Below are positions 8,787 to 16,795 of a DNA stretch of 64,000 bases, one piece after another. Position numbers and translations under genes: made by a program. Under the pieces are notes generated by a model, which saw only the letters and a list, made by a program, of their open reading frames with translations, was not told the DNA's origin and made no database searches. Source of the DNA: Polyangiaceae bacterium (lineage in GTDB: Bacteria > Desulfobacterota > Binatia > UTPRO1); contig JANNPN010000182.1 of assembly GCA_031400185.1 (NCBI GenBank), positions 5,895 through 69,894 of the forward strand, in the 5' to 3' direction. The first letter of the stretch is position 1. Each line of letters starts with the position of its first letter.

Positions 8787-10006
8787 CCGCGTTCGCCGCG
8801 ATCGCCGACGACCTGACCGGCGCCTGCGACGTCGCCGCCGAGCTCGCGACGGCCGGACGGTGCGTGCGCGTCGAGGTCGTCCCGGGCGCGTACGGCGGTG
8901 CGGAGGACGGCGGTCTCGTCGTGGTGAACACCCAGAGCCGCGCGCTCGCCCCTGCAGCGGCCGCGGAGCGCGTGCGTCAGGCGCTTCGCGGGCACGCGGC
9001 GCCGCTCGTGCTGAAGAAGATCGACACCGCGCTCCGTGGTCACGTCGGCGCCGAGCTCGATGCCGCGCTCGACATGCTCGGGGCTCCCGGGTTCGTGCTC
9101 GCAGCGATTCCCGCCGCCGGGCGAGTGACGCGTAACGGCTGTCAGTGGTTCGGGGGGCGACTCCTCGCAGACACCGAGTTCGCGCGCGATCCCGAGGGAC
9201 CCGGTGCCGTCTCGTCGATCCCGGTGGTCGTCGGTCGCGAGAGTCGCCGGCGGAGCGCGGTCGTCGCGCGCGAGATCGTCGCCGCCGGCACGCTCGCGGC
9301 GGAGGTGGCGCGTCAGCGTGCCGCCGGCATCGACCTGTTCGTGATGGACGCCGAAAGCGACGAGGACGTGGCGCGCGCGGTCGGAGCGATCCTGGCGCTC
9401 GGATGCGCGGTCTGTCTGGTCGGGTCGATCGCGCTCGCGGCGGCGCTCGCGCCGCACGTCGGGGCCGCGGCCGGCACGACGGCGCGCGCGCCCGAGCTCC
9501 CGCAGCCGGCGCTCATCGTGAACGGCAGCCTCCACAGCCGCGCGCGGGCGCAGGTGGAGGCAGTGCTGGCGACTGGAGAGGCCGTCACGCTGCGGCCGAC
9601 GGCGCCGCATGTCGCGCGCGACGCCGTCGACGCGTTTCGGCATGGGACGACGGTCGTGCTGGAGCCGGCTCCGGCGGTGTCCGTGCCGACCCACGCGGCG
9701 CTCCGCACGACCGAGACCGCGCTCGCCGACGCCGTCGCCGCGATCCTCGCGGCATCGCCGCCGGCCACGCTGATCTTGATCGGCGGCGAGACCAGTTACG
9801 CGATCCTCCGACGGCTCGGCACCGGCGCGATCGCGGTACACGGGCGGATCGCGCCGCTCGTGGCTTACGGGACGATCCTCGACGGCGCCGCCGCGGGGAC
9901 GGTGCTGGTCACCAAGGGCGGCTCGGGCGGCGAGCCCGACGTCCTCGCGGCGATCGTGCGCGGTAACAATTCCCCAACGGTGCGGAGCGCGGAGGACAAG
10001 GCATGA
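8783..10006 (+). CDS. four-carbon acid sugar kinase family protein (DUF1537/DUF4392, OtnK-like)
   Basis: GTG at 8783 overlaps the upstream stop (GTGA). The N-terminal IADDLTGACD motif, ~407-aa length and two-domain layout match the Otn kinase family. Confidence 0.8.
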   Translation: MTAFAAIADDLTGACDVAAELATAGRCVRVEVVPGAYGGAEDGGLVVVNTQSRALAPAAAAERVRQALRGHAAPLVLKKIDTALRGHVGAELDAALDMLGAPGFVLAAIPAAGRVTRNGCQWFGGRLLADTEFARDPEGPGAVSSIPVVVGRESRRRSAVVAREIVAAGTLAAEVARQRAAGIDLFVMDAESDEDVARAVGAILALGCAVCLVGSIALAAALAPHVGAAAGTTARAPELPQPALIVNGSLHSRARAQVEAVLATGEAVTLRPTAPHVARDAVDAFRHGTTVVLEPAPAVSVPTHAALRTTETALADAVAAILAASPPATLILIGGETSYAILRRLGTGAIAVHGRIAPLVAYGTILDGAAAGTVLVTKGGSGGEPDVLAAIVRGNNSPTVRSAEDKA

Positions 10007-10485
10007 GTGGCGGAACGGAGCTCAAGGTCGCCGACGACACGGTCGTCACGATCGAGTACCGCGCGAGCCTCACGGACGGAAAGCTCGTCGACTCGACGGA
10101 TGACTGCGGGCCGGTCACGTATCTGCACGGGAACGAGCAGATCTTTCCCGCGCTCGAGCAGGCGGTCGACGGCGCGGTCGCGGGTGAGGAGCGGCACCTG
10201 TCGCTCGCGCCGAGCCAGAGCTACGGCGAGCACCGGCCCGACCTGGTGCGGCGCATGCCGCGCGCGCAGATCCCGCCCGAGATCGCGCTCGAGGTCGGAA
10301 AGCGCTACACGATCCGGCCGCCGCGGGGCGAGCCGATGATCTTCCGGTTGGTCGGGGTGGAAGGTGACGAGGTCGTTGCGGATTTCAACAATCCCGCGGC
10401 CGGGCAGGGGCTCGAGATCTGGGCCAAGGTGATCGCGGTCCGGCCGGCCACGGCCGACGAAATCCGGCGGGGGACGCTACGATGA
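10003..10485 (+). CDS. slyD: FKBP-type peptidyl-prolyl cis-trans isomerase, SlyD-like
   Basis: The pattern [18 protein letters not shown]...[16 protein letters not shown]...DFNNPAAGQ is characteristic of SlyD/FkpB. ATGA overlap with the upstream gene. Confidence 0.8.
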   Translation: MSGGTELKVADDTVVTIEYRASLTDGKLVDSTDDCGPVTYLHGNEQIFPALEQAVDGAVAGEERHLSLAPSQSYGEHRPDLVRRMPRAQIPPEIALEVGKRYTIRPPRGEPMIFRLVGVEGDEVVADFNNPAAGQGLEIWAKVIAVRPATADEIRRGTLR

Positions 10486-11255
10486 AGCTGTCGATCGTGA
10501 TGCCGGTCTACAACGAGTCGGCGAGCATCCGGGAAATCGTGCAGCGCGTGCAGGCGTTGCCACACGCGAAAGAGCTCATCATCGTCGACGACGGATCCCT
10601 CGACGGGACGCGCGACGTCCTACGCGAGCTCGCGGGGGGCGAGATCCGCGTCTTCTTCCACGCCAACAATCGCGGCAAGGGTGCGGCGCTCCGGACCGGG
10701 TTCGCGCACGCGCGCGGCGACGTCGTGGTGGTCCAGGACGCGGACCTCGAGTACAACCCGCGCGACATCCCGCCGCTGTTGCTGCCGATCGAGCGCGGCG
10801 AAGCGGACGTCGTGTTCGGTTCGCGCTTCCTCGGGGGACCGCACCGGGTGCTGAACTTCTGGCACTACGTCGGGAACCGCGTGCTGACCCTGCTCTCGAA
10901 CATGTGCACGAACCTGAACCTCACCGACATGGAGACCGGCTACAAGCTCTTCCGGCGCGAGGTCGTGCAACAGATCGAGATCGAATGCGACCGCTTCGGG
11001 TTCGAGCCGGAGATCACCGCGAAGGTGGCCCAGTTGCGCTGCAGAATCTTCGAGCACCCCATCTCCTACGCGGGGCGCGACTACGACCAGGGGAAGAAGA
11101 TCACCTGGCGTGACGGCGTCGCCGCCCTGTACCACATCGTCCGTTTCAGCGTGCGCGGTCGTCGCGTGCGGTCGGCTCCGCCGGTCGCCGTCGAGGAGAT
11201 CGCGGCGCGGCCCGCTCAAGTCGCCGACGTTCGCCGTCTCGACGTCGAGCGCTGA
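10482..11255 (+). CDS. glycosyltransferase family 2, polyprenol-phosphate sugar transferase (DPM1/Ppm1-like)
   Basis: [12 protein letters not shown]...[11 protein letters not shown]...[12 protein letters not shown] carries the GT2 DxD motifs of dolichol/polyprenol-phosphate mannosyl/glucosyl transferases. It overlaps the slyD stop. Confidence 0.8.
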   Translation: MKLSIVMPVYNESASIREIVQRVQALPHAKELIIVDDGSLDGTRDVLRELAGGEIRVFFHANNRGKGAALRTGFAHARGDVVVVQDADLEYNPRDIPPLLLPIERGEADVVFGSRFLGGPHRVLNFWHYVGNRVLTLLSNMCTNLNLTDMETGYKLFRREVVQQIEIECDRFGFEPEITAKVAQLRCRIFEHPISYAGRDYDQGKKITWRDGVAALYHIVRFSVRGRRVRSAPPVAVEEIAARPAQVADVRRLDVER

Positions 11256-11277
11256 CCCTCCACCAAAGGAAGCAGTC

Positions 11278-11532
11278 ATGAGGAAACGCGAAAAATTGAC
11301 GCCCGAGGAGCGCTTTGCGCTCGCCCTCGACCTCATCAAACGCGAGCATTCGTTCGCGGAGGTGTGCTCGCACTACCACGTGAGCCACACGACGGCGTAC
11401 AAGATCCGGAACGCCTTCCTCGAAGGCGGCCGGCGCGCGCTCGCAGGCGCGCGGGCGCGTGAGCCGCTCGACGTGGTGCGCGACGAGGCTGCGACGGACG
11501 GCAACGGCATCGAAGAGAACGGGATCGGATGA
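11278..11532 (+). CDS. small helix-turn-helix protein, IS3-family OrfA-like (HTH_Tnp_1-like), stand-alone
   Basis: AAAGGA RBS 8 nt upstream of the [16 protein letters not shown]...[23 protein letters not shown] resembles the N-terminal HTH of IS3/IS911 OrfA. No transposase catalytic ORF follows. The stop overlaps the next gene's ATG. Confidence 0.5.
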   Translation: MRKREKLTPEERFALALDLIKREHSFAEVCSHYHVSHTTAYKIRNAFLEGGRRALAGARAREPLDVVRDEAATDGNGIEENGIG

Positions 11533-13976
11533 GACGGTTTGCGCCCACTGCGGCCGCGGTCGGTGCGGTGCTCGGCGTGCTCGCTCTCTTGGGGCAACCG
11601 GCGCCGAGCGGCGACGCGTATCTCTGCTACAAAGGGACGCCCGTCCACGCAGACTTCCTGCCGGCGTTCGTTCCGCGTCCCGGCCTCGTCGTCCTCGATC
11701 GTTTCAGCAAACCGGTCCCGTCCGATCAGCACCGCCTCGACGTGGTGAAGCCGCTCGCGGTCTGCAACCCGGCCGACGCGGGACACCCGGCGAGTGAGAA
11801 CGTGCGCCTGGAAGCCTACCGGACACGGCTCACGCGCACCGTGCCGAAGCAACCGAAGCGCGCCCCGGGCGTCGTCGAGGTGACCGACCAGCTCGGCACG
11901 TTGAAGCTCGCGCTCGCGTCGGCCGGGCGCGTGCTCCGTCCCGCGTCGACGTTCGACGGGCCGAACGGCGCGCCCGCGCTGCCGCCGACGAGCGTCCACG
12001 ACTTCACCTGCTACGACGCCAAGGTCGCGCGCGCACCCCGCGGGCAGCCGGCGTTTCCGCGCTTCGCGCCGACGTCGCTCGCGGTGAGCGACGATTTCGC
12101 GGCCCGCACCCTGACGCTCTCGAAGCCGACCCGCTTCTGCACCGCGGCCGACGTCGCGGGGCACATGCCGAGCGCGCCGTCGCACCGCGGCGCCCTCGTG
12201 TGTTATCGCGCGCACCTGACGAAGCTTCCGGGCTTTACCCAGCCGCGGTTCGTGAAGCGCGTCCTCTCGTCCAGCAGTCGTTTCGGACCGGAGGTCGTGA
12301 CGCTGCGGGCGATCGAGGAGGTGTGTCTTCCGGCCCGGCTCGCGGGCGACCCGGTGCCGACGCCGACGGAGACCGTGCGGCTGCCGACGCGCACACCGAC
12401 GCCGAGCCGCACGGCGACGCCGTCGCGCACGCGCACGCCGACCCCGAGCCGCACACCCACGGTCACGCCGACGCGGACAGTCTCGATCACCCCGACGCCC
12501 ACGGTGTCGCCGACGCCGACGGTCACCGTGAGCCCGACCCGGACGGTCACGGTGACGCCGACCGCCACGGTGACCGGCACGCCGACGGTCACGGCGACGC
12601 CGACGGTCACGATCTCGCCGACCCCCACCCTGAGCCCGACGCCGACGCTCACGCCGACCTCGACGGCCGCGACGCCCATTCGGACCTCGACGCCGACCGC
12701 GACGGCCACGGCGACCGTCACGCCGACGCCGACCTTCACCGCGAGCGGTACGCCGACCGTGACGTCGACGGCAGCGACGCCCACGAGCACGCCAACCGCC
12801 ACGCGCACCTTCCCGCCGACGGCGACCGTGCCGGCGACCGCGACGGTCACGCTCTCGGCGACGCCCACCGTGACGAGCACGCCGACCGTCACCGTGACCG
12901 CCACGCCGACCGTCACCGCGACGCCGACGCGGACGGTGACGCCGCCGCCGACGCTCACCGCGACGCCGACCGTGACGCGGACCGCAACGCCGACGGTCAC
13001 CGTCACGGGGACGCCGACCCGCACGGCCACCCCCACGATCAGCCGGACGCCGACGCCCACCAAGTCGGCGACGCCGACGGTTACGAAGACTCCGACGCCG
13101 ACGCTGACCGTCACGCCGACGTCCACCAGGACGGCAACGCCGACGGTGACCAAGACGGCGACGCCGACGAGGACGACGACCCCCACGCCGACGCGGACCG
13201 CGACCCCGACGGTGACCAAGACACCGACGCCGACGAAGACCACGACGCCGACCCCCACGCGGACGGCAACGCCGACCGCCACCAGGACGGCGACGCCGAC
13301 GAAGAGCGCGACGCCGACGGTGACCAAGTCGCCGACGCCGACGCTCTCGGCGACGTCGACGCCGACCTTCACCCCGAGCCCGTCGCCGACCGTGTCGCCG
13401 GTCGGCGATCCGATCGCGCTCGACGTGGATCCCGACAACAAGACGATCACGCAGGGCACGACGGCGAACGGGCAGTGCACGGCGATCTACGCGAACGGTG
13501 CGACCCGGAACTACACGCAGCGGGTCGAGTGGTCGTCGAGCGATCCTGCGATCGCCTCGGTCACCAACACCGAAGGCCAGCGCGGCAAGGTGACCGGGAA
13601 CGGTCCCGGAACGATCGTGCTGCGCGCGCGCGATCCGATCACCGGCATCGACTCGAACGACTCGGGGCAGAACGGCTCCATCACCGTGCTCGGCCTGCTC
13701 GAAACCATCGAGCTCACGCCGGTGAGCACGACCGACACCGTTGGCGACGAGCGTTTCTTCACCGCGAAGGGGCACTTCGACGGCGGCACCGAGAGTAACA
13801 TCACCCAGGACGTCGATTACTCGTCGTCCGACCCCAACGTCGCGGTCGCGCCCAACGAGGCCGGGAGGAAGAGTCGTGTGGTCGCGGTCGGGCCTGGCGT
13901 TGCCACCATCCGCGCGACCGATCCAACGACCGGTGTCGTCAGCAACGATGCCACGTACACCGTCGAGGCGCCGTGA
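11529..13976 (+). CDS. secreted multidomain surface protein: signal peptide, 2x novel Cys-containing ~115-aa module, ~350-aa Pro/Thr-rich linker, C-terminal Big_2 (Ig-like) domains
   Basis: N-terminal signal peptide. Two tandem copies of a module starting CYKG / CYDAK with conserved Cys positions. A P/T/S/A/V-only region spans aa ~275-625. The C-terminus has Big_2-like repeats (NYTQ..W.SS.P..A.V...G). It is a paralog of the next gene. Confidence 0.8.
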   Translation: MRRFAPTAAAVGAVLGVLALLGQPAPSGDAYLCYKGTPVHADFLPAFVPRPGLVVLDRFSKPVPSDQHRLDVVKPLAVCNPADAGHPASENVRLEAYRTRLTRTVPKQPKRAPGVVEVTDQLGTLKLALASAGRVLRPASTFDGPNGAPALPPTSVHDFTCYDAKVARAPRGQPAFPRFAPTSLAVSDDFAARTLTLSKPTRFCTAADVAGHMPSAPSHRGALVCYRAHLTKLPGFTQPRFVKRVLSSSSRFGPEVVTLRAIEEVCLPARLAGDPVPTPTETVRLPTRTPTPSRTATPSRTRTPTPSRTPTVTPTRTVSITPTPTVSPTPTVTVSPTRTVTVTPTATVTGTPTVTATPTVTISPTPTLSPTPTLTPTSTAATPIRTSTPTATATATVTPTPTFTASGTPTVTSTAATPTSTPTATRTFPPTATVPATATVTLSATPTVTSTPTVTVTATPTVTATPTRTVTPPPTLTATPTVTRTATPTVTVTGTPTRTATPTISRTPTPTKSATPTVTKTPTPTLTVTPTSTRTATPTVTKTATPTRTTTPTPTRTATPTVTKTPTPTKTTTPTPTRTATPTATRTATPTKSATPTVTKSPTPTLSATSTPTFTPSPSPTVSPVGDPIALDVDPDNKTITQGTTANGQCTAIYANGATRNYTQRVEWSSSDPAIASVTNTEGQRGKVTGNGPGTIVLRARDPITGIDSNDSGQNGSITVLGLLETIELTPVSTTDTVGDERFFTAKGHFDGGTESNITQDVDYSSSDPNVAVAPNEAGRKSRVVAVGPGVATIRATDPTTGVVSNDATYTVEAP
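12351..13404 (+). repeat. in-frame tandem degenerate repeats (ACGCCGAC-rich) encoding a Pro/Thr-rich linker
   Basis: About 1 kb of short imperfect repeats translating to (T/S/A/V)PT(P/A/V) units. The antisense and alternative frames give long spurious Arg/Gly-rich or Asp-rich ORFs. Confidence 0.8.
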
Positions 13977-14072
13977 GTTGCCTACGGAGCGTCATGTGTC
14001 CATGGTGACGGAGCGCGCCACGTGCCGTGACGTCCGCCGCCGTTCGAAAACACACTCGGAGCACACTCAACG

Positions 14073-16691
14073 ATGACCAAGCTTTGGATCAGCCTCCTCG
14101 TGACCTGTGCGGTCACGCTCGGATCCGTGCCTGCGCTCGCGCAGCCGGTCGGGGACTCCTTCGTCTGCTACAAGAGCCGGCAGCTCGGCCCGCGCGGCGG
14201 TCTGCCGGCGTTCACGCCCCGCCCCGGCGAGGTCGTGATCGACACCTTCAGCACGGCCCGCCCCGAGGATCAGCACAAGGTGGATCTGAAGAAGTCGATC
14301 GGGCTGTGTGCGCCCGCTGGCCTCGAGGGCGATCTCCTCCTCGATCCCGCGATCCACCTCGAAGCGTACGGCATGGCCGTGACCAAGACGTCGCCGCGGC
14401 AGCCGAAGCACGGCGACAGCCTGCACGAGATCGTGAACCGCTTCGGCACGCTGAAGCTCCGGGTCCGCAACGAAAACCGTTTGCTCGCGCCGACTGCGAA
14501 GGCGCTCGGGACGGGCGGCGTTGGCGGGATCGGCGCCACGGTCTTCGACAACTTCAAGTGCTACGACGCCAAGGTCGCGCGCGCCGCGACCGGGGCGCCA
14601 CCGTTTCCCGTCTTCACGCCGACGCAGGTGTCGGTGACCGACCAGTTCGGGACGCGGGTCTACAAGGTGACGAAGCCGAGGCGTTTCTGCGCGCCCGCCG
14701 ACGTCGCGGGCGCCAACCCGTCGTCGCCGACGCACGTCCGCTCCCTCGTCTGCTACCAGGTGCGGGTCGCGTCGACGAAGCCGAAGCAACCGAAGTTCGT
14801 CGCGACGCAGGTCTCCACGCACCCGTCCTTCGGTCCCGAGGCGCTCGTGCTGAACAAGGCGGACGAGCTCTGCCTGCCGTCGTTCAAGGATCCCGGCCAG
14901 CCGACGCCGGTGCCAACGGCGACGCCGGGCGGCGGCCAGCCGGGCTCGGTGCTCGCGATCCGCATCAGCCCGCTGACGCGCTACGTGAGCCCGGGCGGCA
15001 GCTCGACGTTCACCGCGACCGCCGACCTCGTCGGCGGCGGCACGGAGAACTACACGCAGAAGGTCATCTGGACGTCGAACAATGCCGGGGTCGCGCTCGC
15101 AGCGAACGCCACCAACGACCGCAGCCGGATCCAGGCCGTGAGCCCGGGAATCGCCACCATCTCGGCGACCGACCCGGTGAGCGGAGTGACCTCGACGGCG
15201 TCCGGAGACGCCACCTTCAATGTCCCTGGCGCGTTGCTCAGCATCGCGCTCACGCCGGCTGCGCCCGCGCTCGACATCGGTGAAGCGCGGAGCCTGGTCG
15301 CGACCGGCACGTTCGAAGGCAACGTCACGCGCAACATCACGCAGCTGCTGACGTACGCTTCCAGCAATTCCGGAGTCGTCGCCGCGCCGAACGCCGACGG
15401 CAACAAGAGCCGCGTCGAGGGCGTCGCACCCGGCACCGCGACGATTTCCGCGGTCGACACCGTGACGGGCGTCAGCAGCGGCGATTCAGGGGGCAATGCG
15501 ACGGTGAGCGTGCTCGGCGCGCTCGAGAGCATCACGCTGAGCCCGGTCACCAAGACGAAGGCCGCCGGCCAATTCGTGAACTACCTCGCGACGGGGCACT
15601 ACGCGGGCGGCGGCATGCAGAACATCACGCAAGAGGTCGACTACGCGTCGAGCAATCCGAGCGTCGCGACCGCGTCGAATCCGGTCGGCAACAAGGGGCG
15701 CGTCGACACCGTCGCGCCCGGCACCGCCACGATCTCGGCCTCGCACCCGAGCGGCATCACGACGACCGCCGGCGGCAACGACGCCACGCTCACCGTGTCC
15801 GCGGCGGTGACGAACCTTTTGCGCATATCCCTCGCACCGACGTCCGCGACACGCAGCGTGGGCGAGCTCCAGAGGTTCACCGTGACCGGCCACTACGAGG
15901 GCGACGGCGTTGCCAACCTGACCCAGCAGGCCGTGTACAGCTCGTCGAACCCCAGCATGGCCGCAGCACCCAACACCCAGGGCGACAAGAGCCGGGTCGA
16001 CATGGTGGCCCCAGGGGTCGCGACGATTTCGGCGACCTACATCGACCCGAATACCCAGCTCGAGGTGAGCACGACCGATTCCGGGGACGATGCGACGATC
16101 ACCGTGATCGGGGCGCTCGAGCGGATCACGCTCTCGCCGGTGCAGGCGACGCGTGCGTCGGGACAGTCGATCACCTACACGGCGATCGGGCACTTCGGCG
16201 GCGGTTCCACGAAGAACCTCACGCAGCGGGTCGACTACGCGAGCAGCAACCCGGCCGTCGCGACCGCGCCGAACGCGACCGGCAACAAGAGCAAGGTCGA
16301 CACCGTCGCGCCCGGACAGGTCACGATCTCCGCGACCGACACGCTGACGGGCCTCAGTACCACGACGACCGGCGACGACGTGGCGCTGACGGTGATCGGC
16401 GCGCTCGAGCGCATTACCTTGAGCCCCGCGAACGCGACGCGCGCGCCGGGAGGCCTCCAGCGCTACACGGCGACGGGCCACTTCGGCGGTACCGTGACGC
16501 AGAATCTGACGCAGGATGTGCTCTACTCGTCGAGCGACCCCGCAGTCGCGAGCGCGCCGAACGATGAGGGCGATCGGAGCCGCGTCGATGCGCTCGCGCC
16601 GGGAACCGGAACGATCACAGCTACGCACCCGACCGCGAACATCAGCACGACCGACACCGGCGACGACGCGCAGCTGATCGTCGAGCCCTGA
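14073..16691 (+). CDS. secreted protein: signal peptide, 2x novel Cys-containing module, ~8 Big_2 (bacterial Ig-like group 2) repeats
   Basis: The signal peptide ends ALAQP. The N-terminal modules match those of the upstream gene (FVCYKSRQLG..., [12 protein letters not shown]...). Eight ~88-aa repeats carry the consensus N(I/Y)TQ...Y.SSN..VA.A.N..G.KS.V..VAPGTATISA. Confidence 0.85.
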   Translation: MTKLWISLLVTCAVTLGSVPALAQPVGDSFVCYKSRQLGPRGGLPAFTPRPGEVVIDTFSTARPEDQHKVDLKKSIGLCAPAGLEGDLLLDPAIHLEAYGMAVTKTSPRQPKHGDSLHEIVNRFGTLKLRVRNENRLLAPTAKALGTGGVGGIGATVFDNFKCYDAKVARAATGAPPFPVFTPTQVSVTDQFGTRVYKVTKPRRFCAPADVAGANPSSPTHVRSLVCYQVRVASTKPKQPKFVATQVSTHPSFGPEALVLNKADELCLPSFKDPGQPTPVPTATPGGGQPGSVLAIRISPLTRYVSPGGSSTFTATADLVGGGTENYTQKVIWTSNNAGVALAANATNDRSRIQAVSPGIATISATDPVSGVTSTASGDATFNVPGALLSIALTPAAPALDIGEARSLVATGTFEGNVTRNITQLLTYASSNSGVVAAPNADGNKSRVEGVAPGTATISAVDTVTGVSSGDSGGNATVSVLGALESITLSPVTKTKAAGQFVNYLATGHYAGGGMQNITQEVDYASSNPSVATASNPVGNKGRVDTVAPGTATISASHPSGITTTAGGNDATLTVSAAVTNLLRISLAPTSATRSVGELQRFTVTGHYEGDGVANLTQQAVYSSSNPSMAAAPNTQGDKSRVDMVAPGVATISATYIDPNTQLEVSTTDSGDDATITVIGALERITLSPVQATRASGQSITYTAIGHFGGGSTKNLTQRVDYASSNPAVATAPNATGNKSKVDTVAPGQVTISATDTLTGLSTTTTGDDVALTVIGALERITLSPANATRAPGGLQRYTATGHFGGTVTQNLTQDVLYSSSDPAVASAPNDEGDRSRVDALAPGTGTITATHPTANISTTDTGDDAQLIVEP

Positions 16692-16705
16692 TTCGGGTCG
16701 GCAAC

Positions 16706-16795
16706 GGGGGAGATTGCGCGCATCAGCGCGCAGGGAATTGCGCGCGTCAGCGGGCGGGGATTGCGCGCTCAGCGCGCAGGGGATTGCGGCGGCAG
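16706..16795. repeat. three to four tandem ~23-nt palindromic units (ATTGCGCGC-N-TCAGCGCGCAGGG), each able to form a GCGCGC hairpin
   Basis: Direct repeats are visible between the convergent Big_2 gene (+) and the histidine kinase (-). The last units overlap the 3' end of the kinase CDS. This is a likely bidirectional terminator or REP-like element. Confidence 0.5.

Noticed and set aside
11278-11532. Insertion sequence
   Set aside because: Only a small HTH OrfA-like protein is present. There is no DDE transposase ORF, no terminal inverted repeats and no target duplication.
12351-13404. Possible CRISPR array or non-coding tandem repeat
   Set aside because: The repeats are short, degenerate and uninterrupted by unique spacers. 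They lie in-frame within a long ORF that has flanking protein domains. No cas genes are present.
11373-13775. 800-aa minus-strand ORF, plus the 12200..13798 and 12203..13480 alternative-frame ORFs across the PT repeat
   Set aside because: These are frame artefacts of the tandem repeat DNA (poly-RG, poly-DADG and poly-VGV products). The plus-strand frame has a signal peptide and defined domains flanking the repeat.
16706-16795. CRISPR-like direct repeats
   Set aside because: There are only about 3.5 copies of a 23-nt palindrome with no spacers. The pattern fits terminator or REP-like hairpins.
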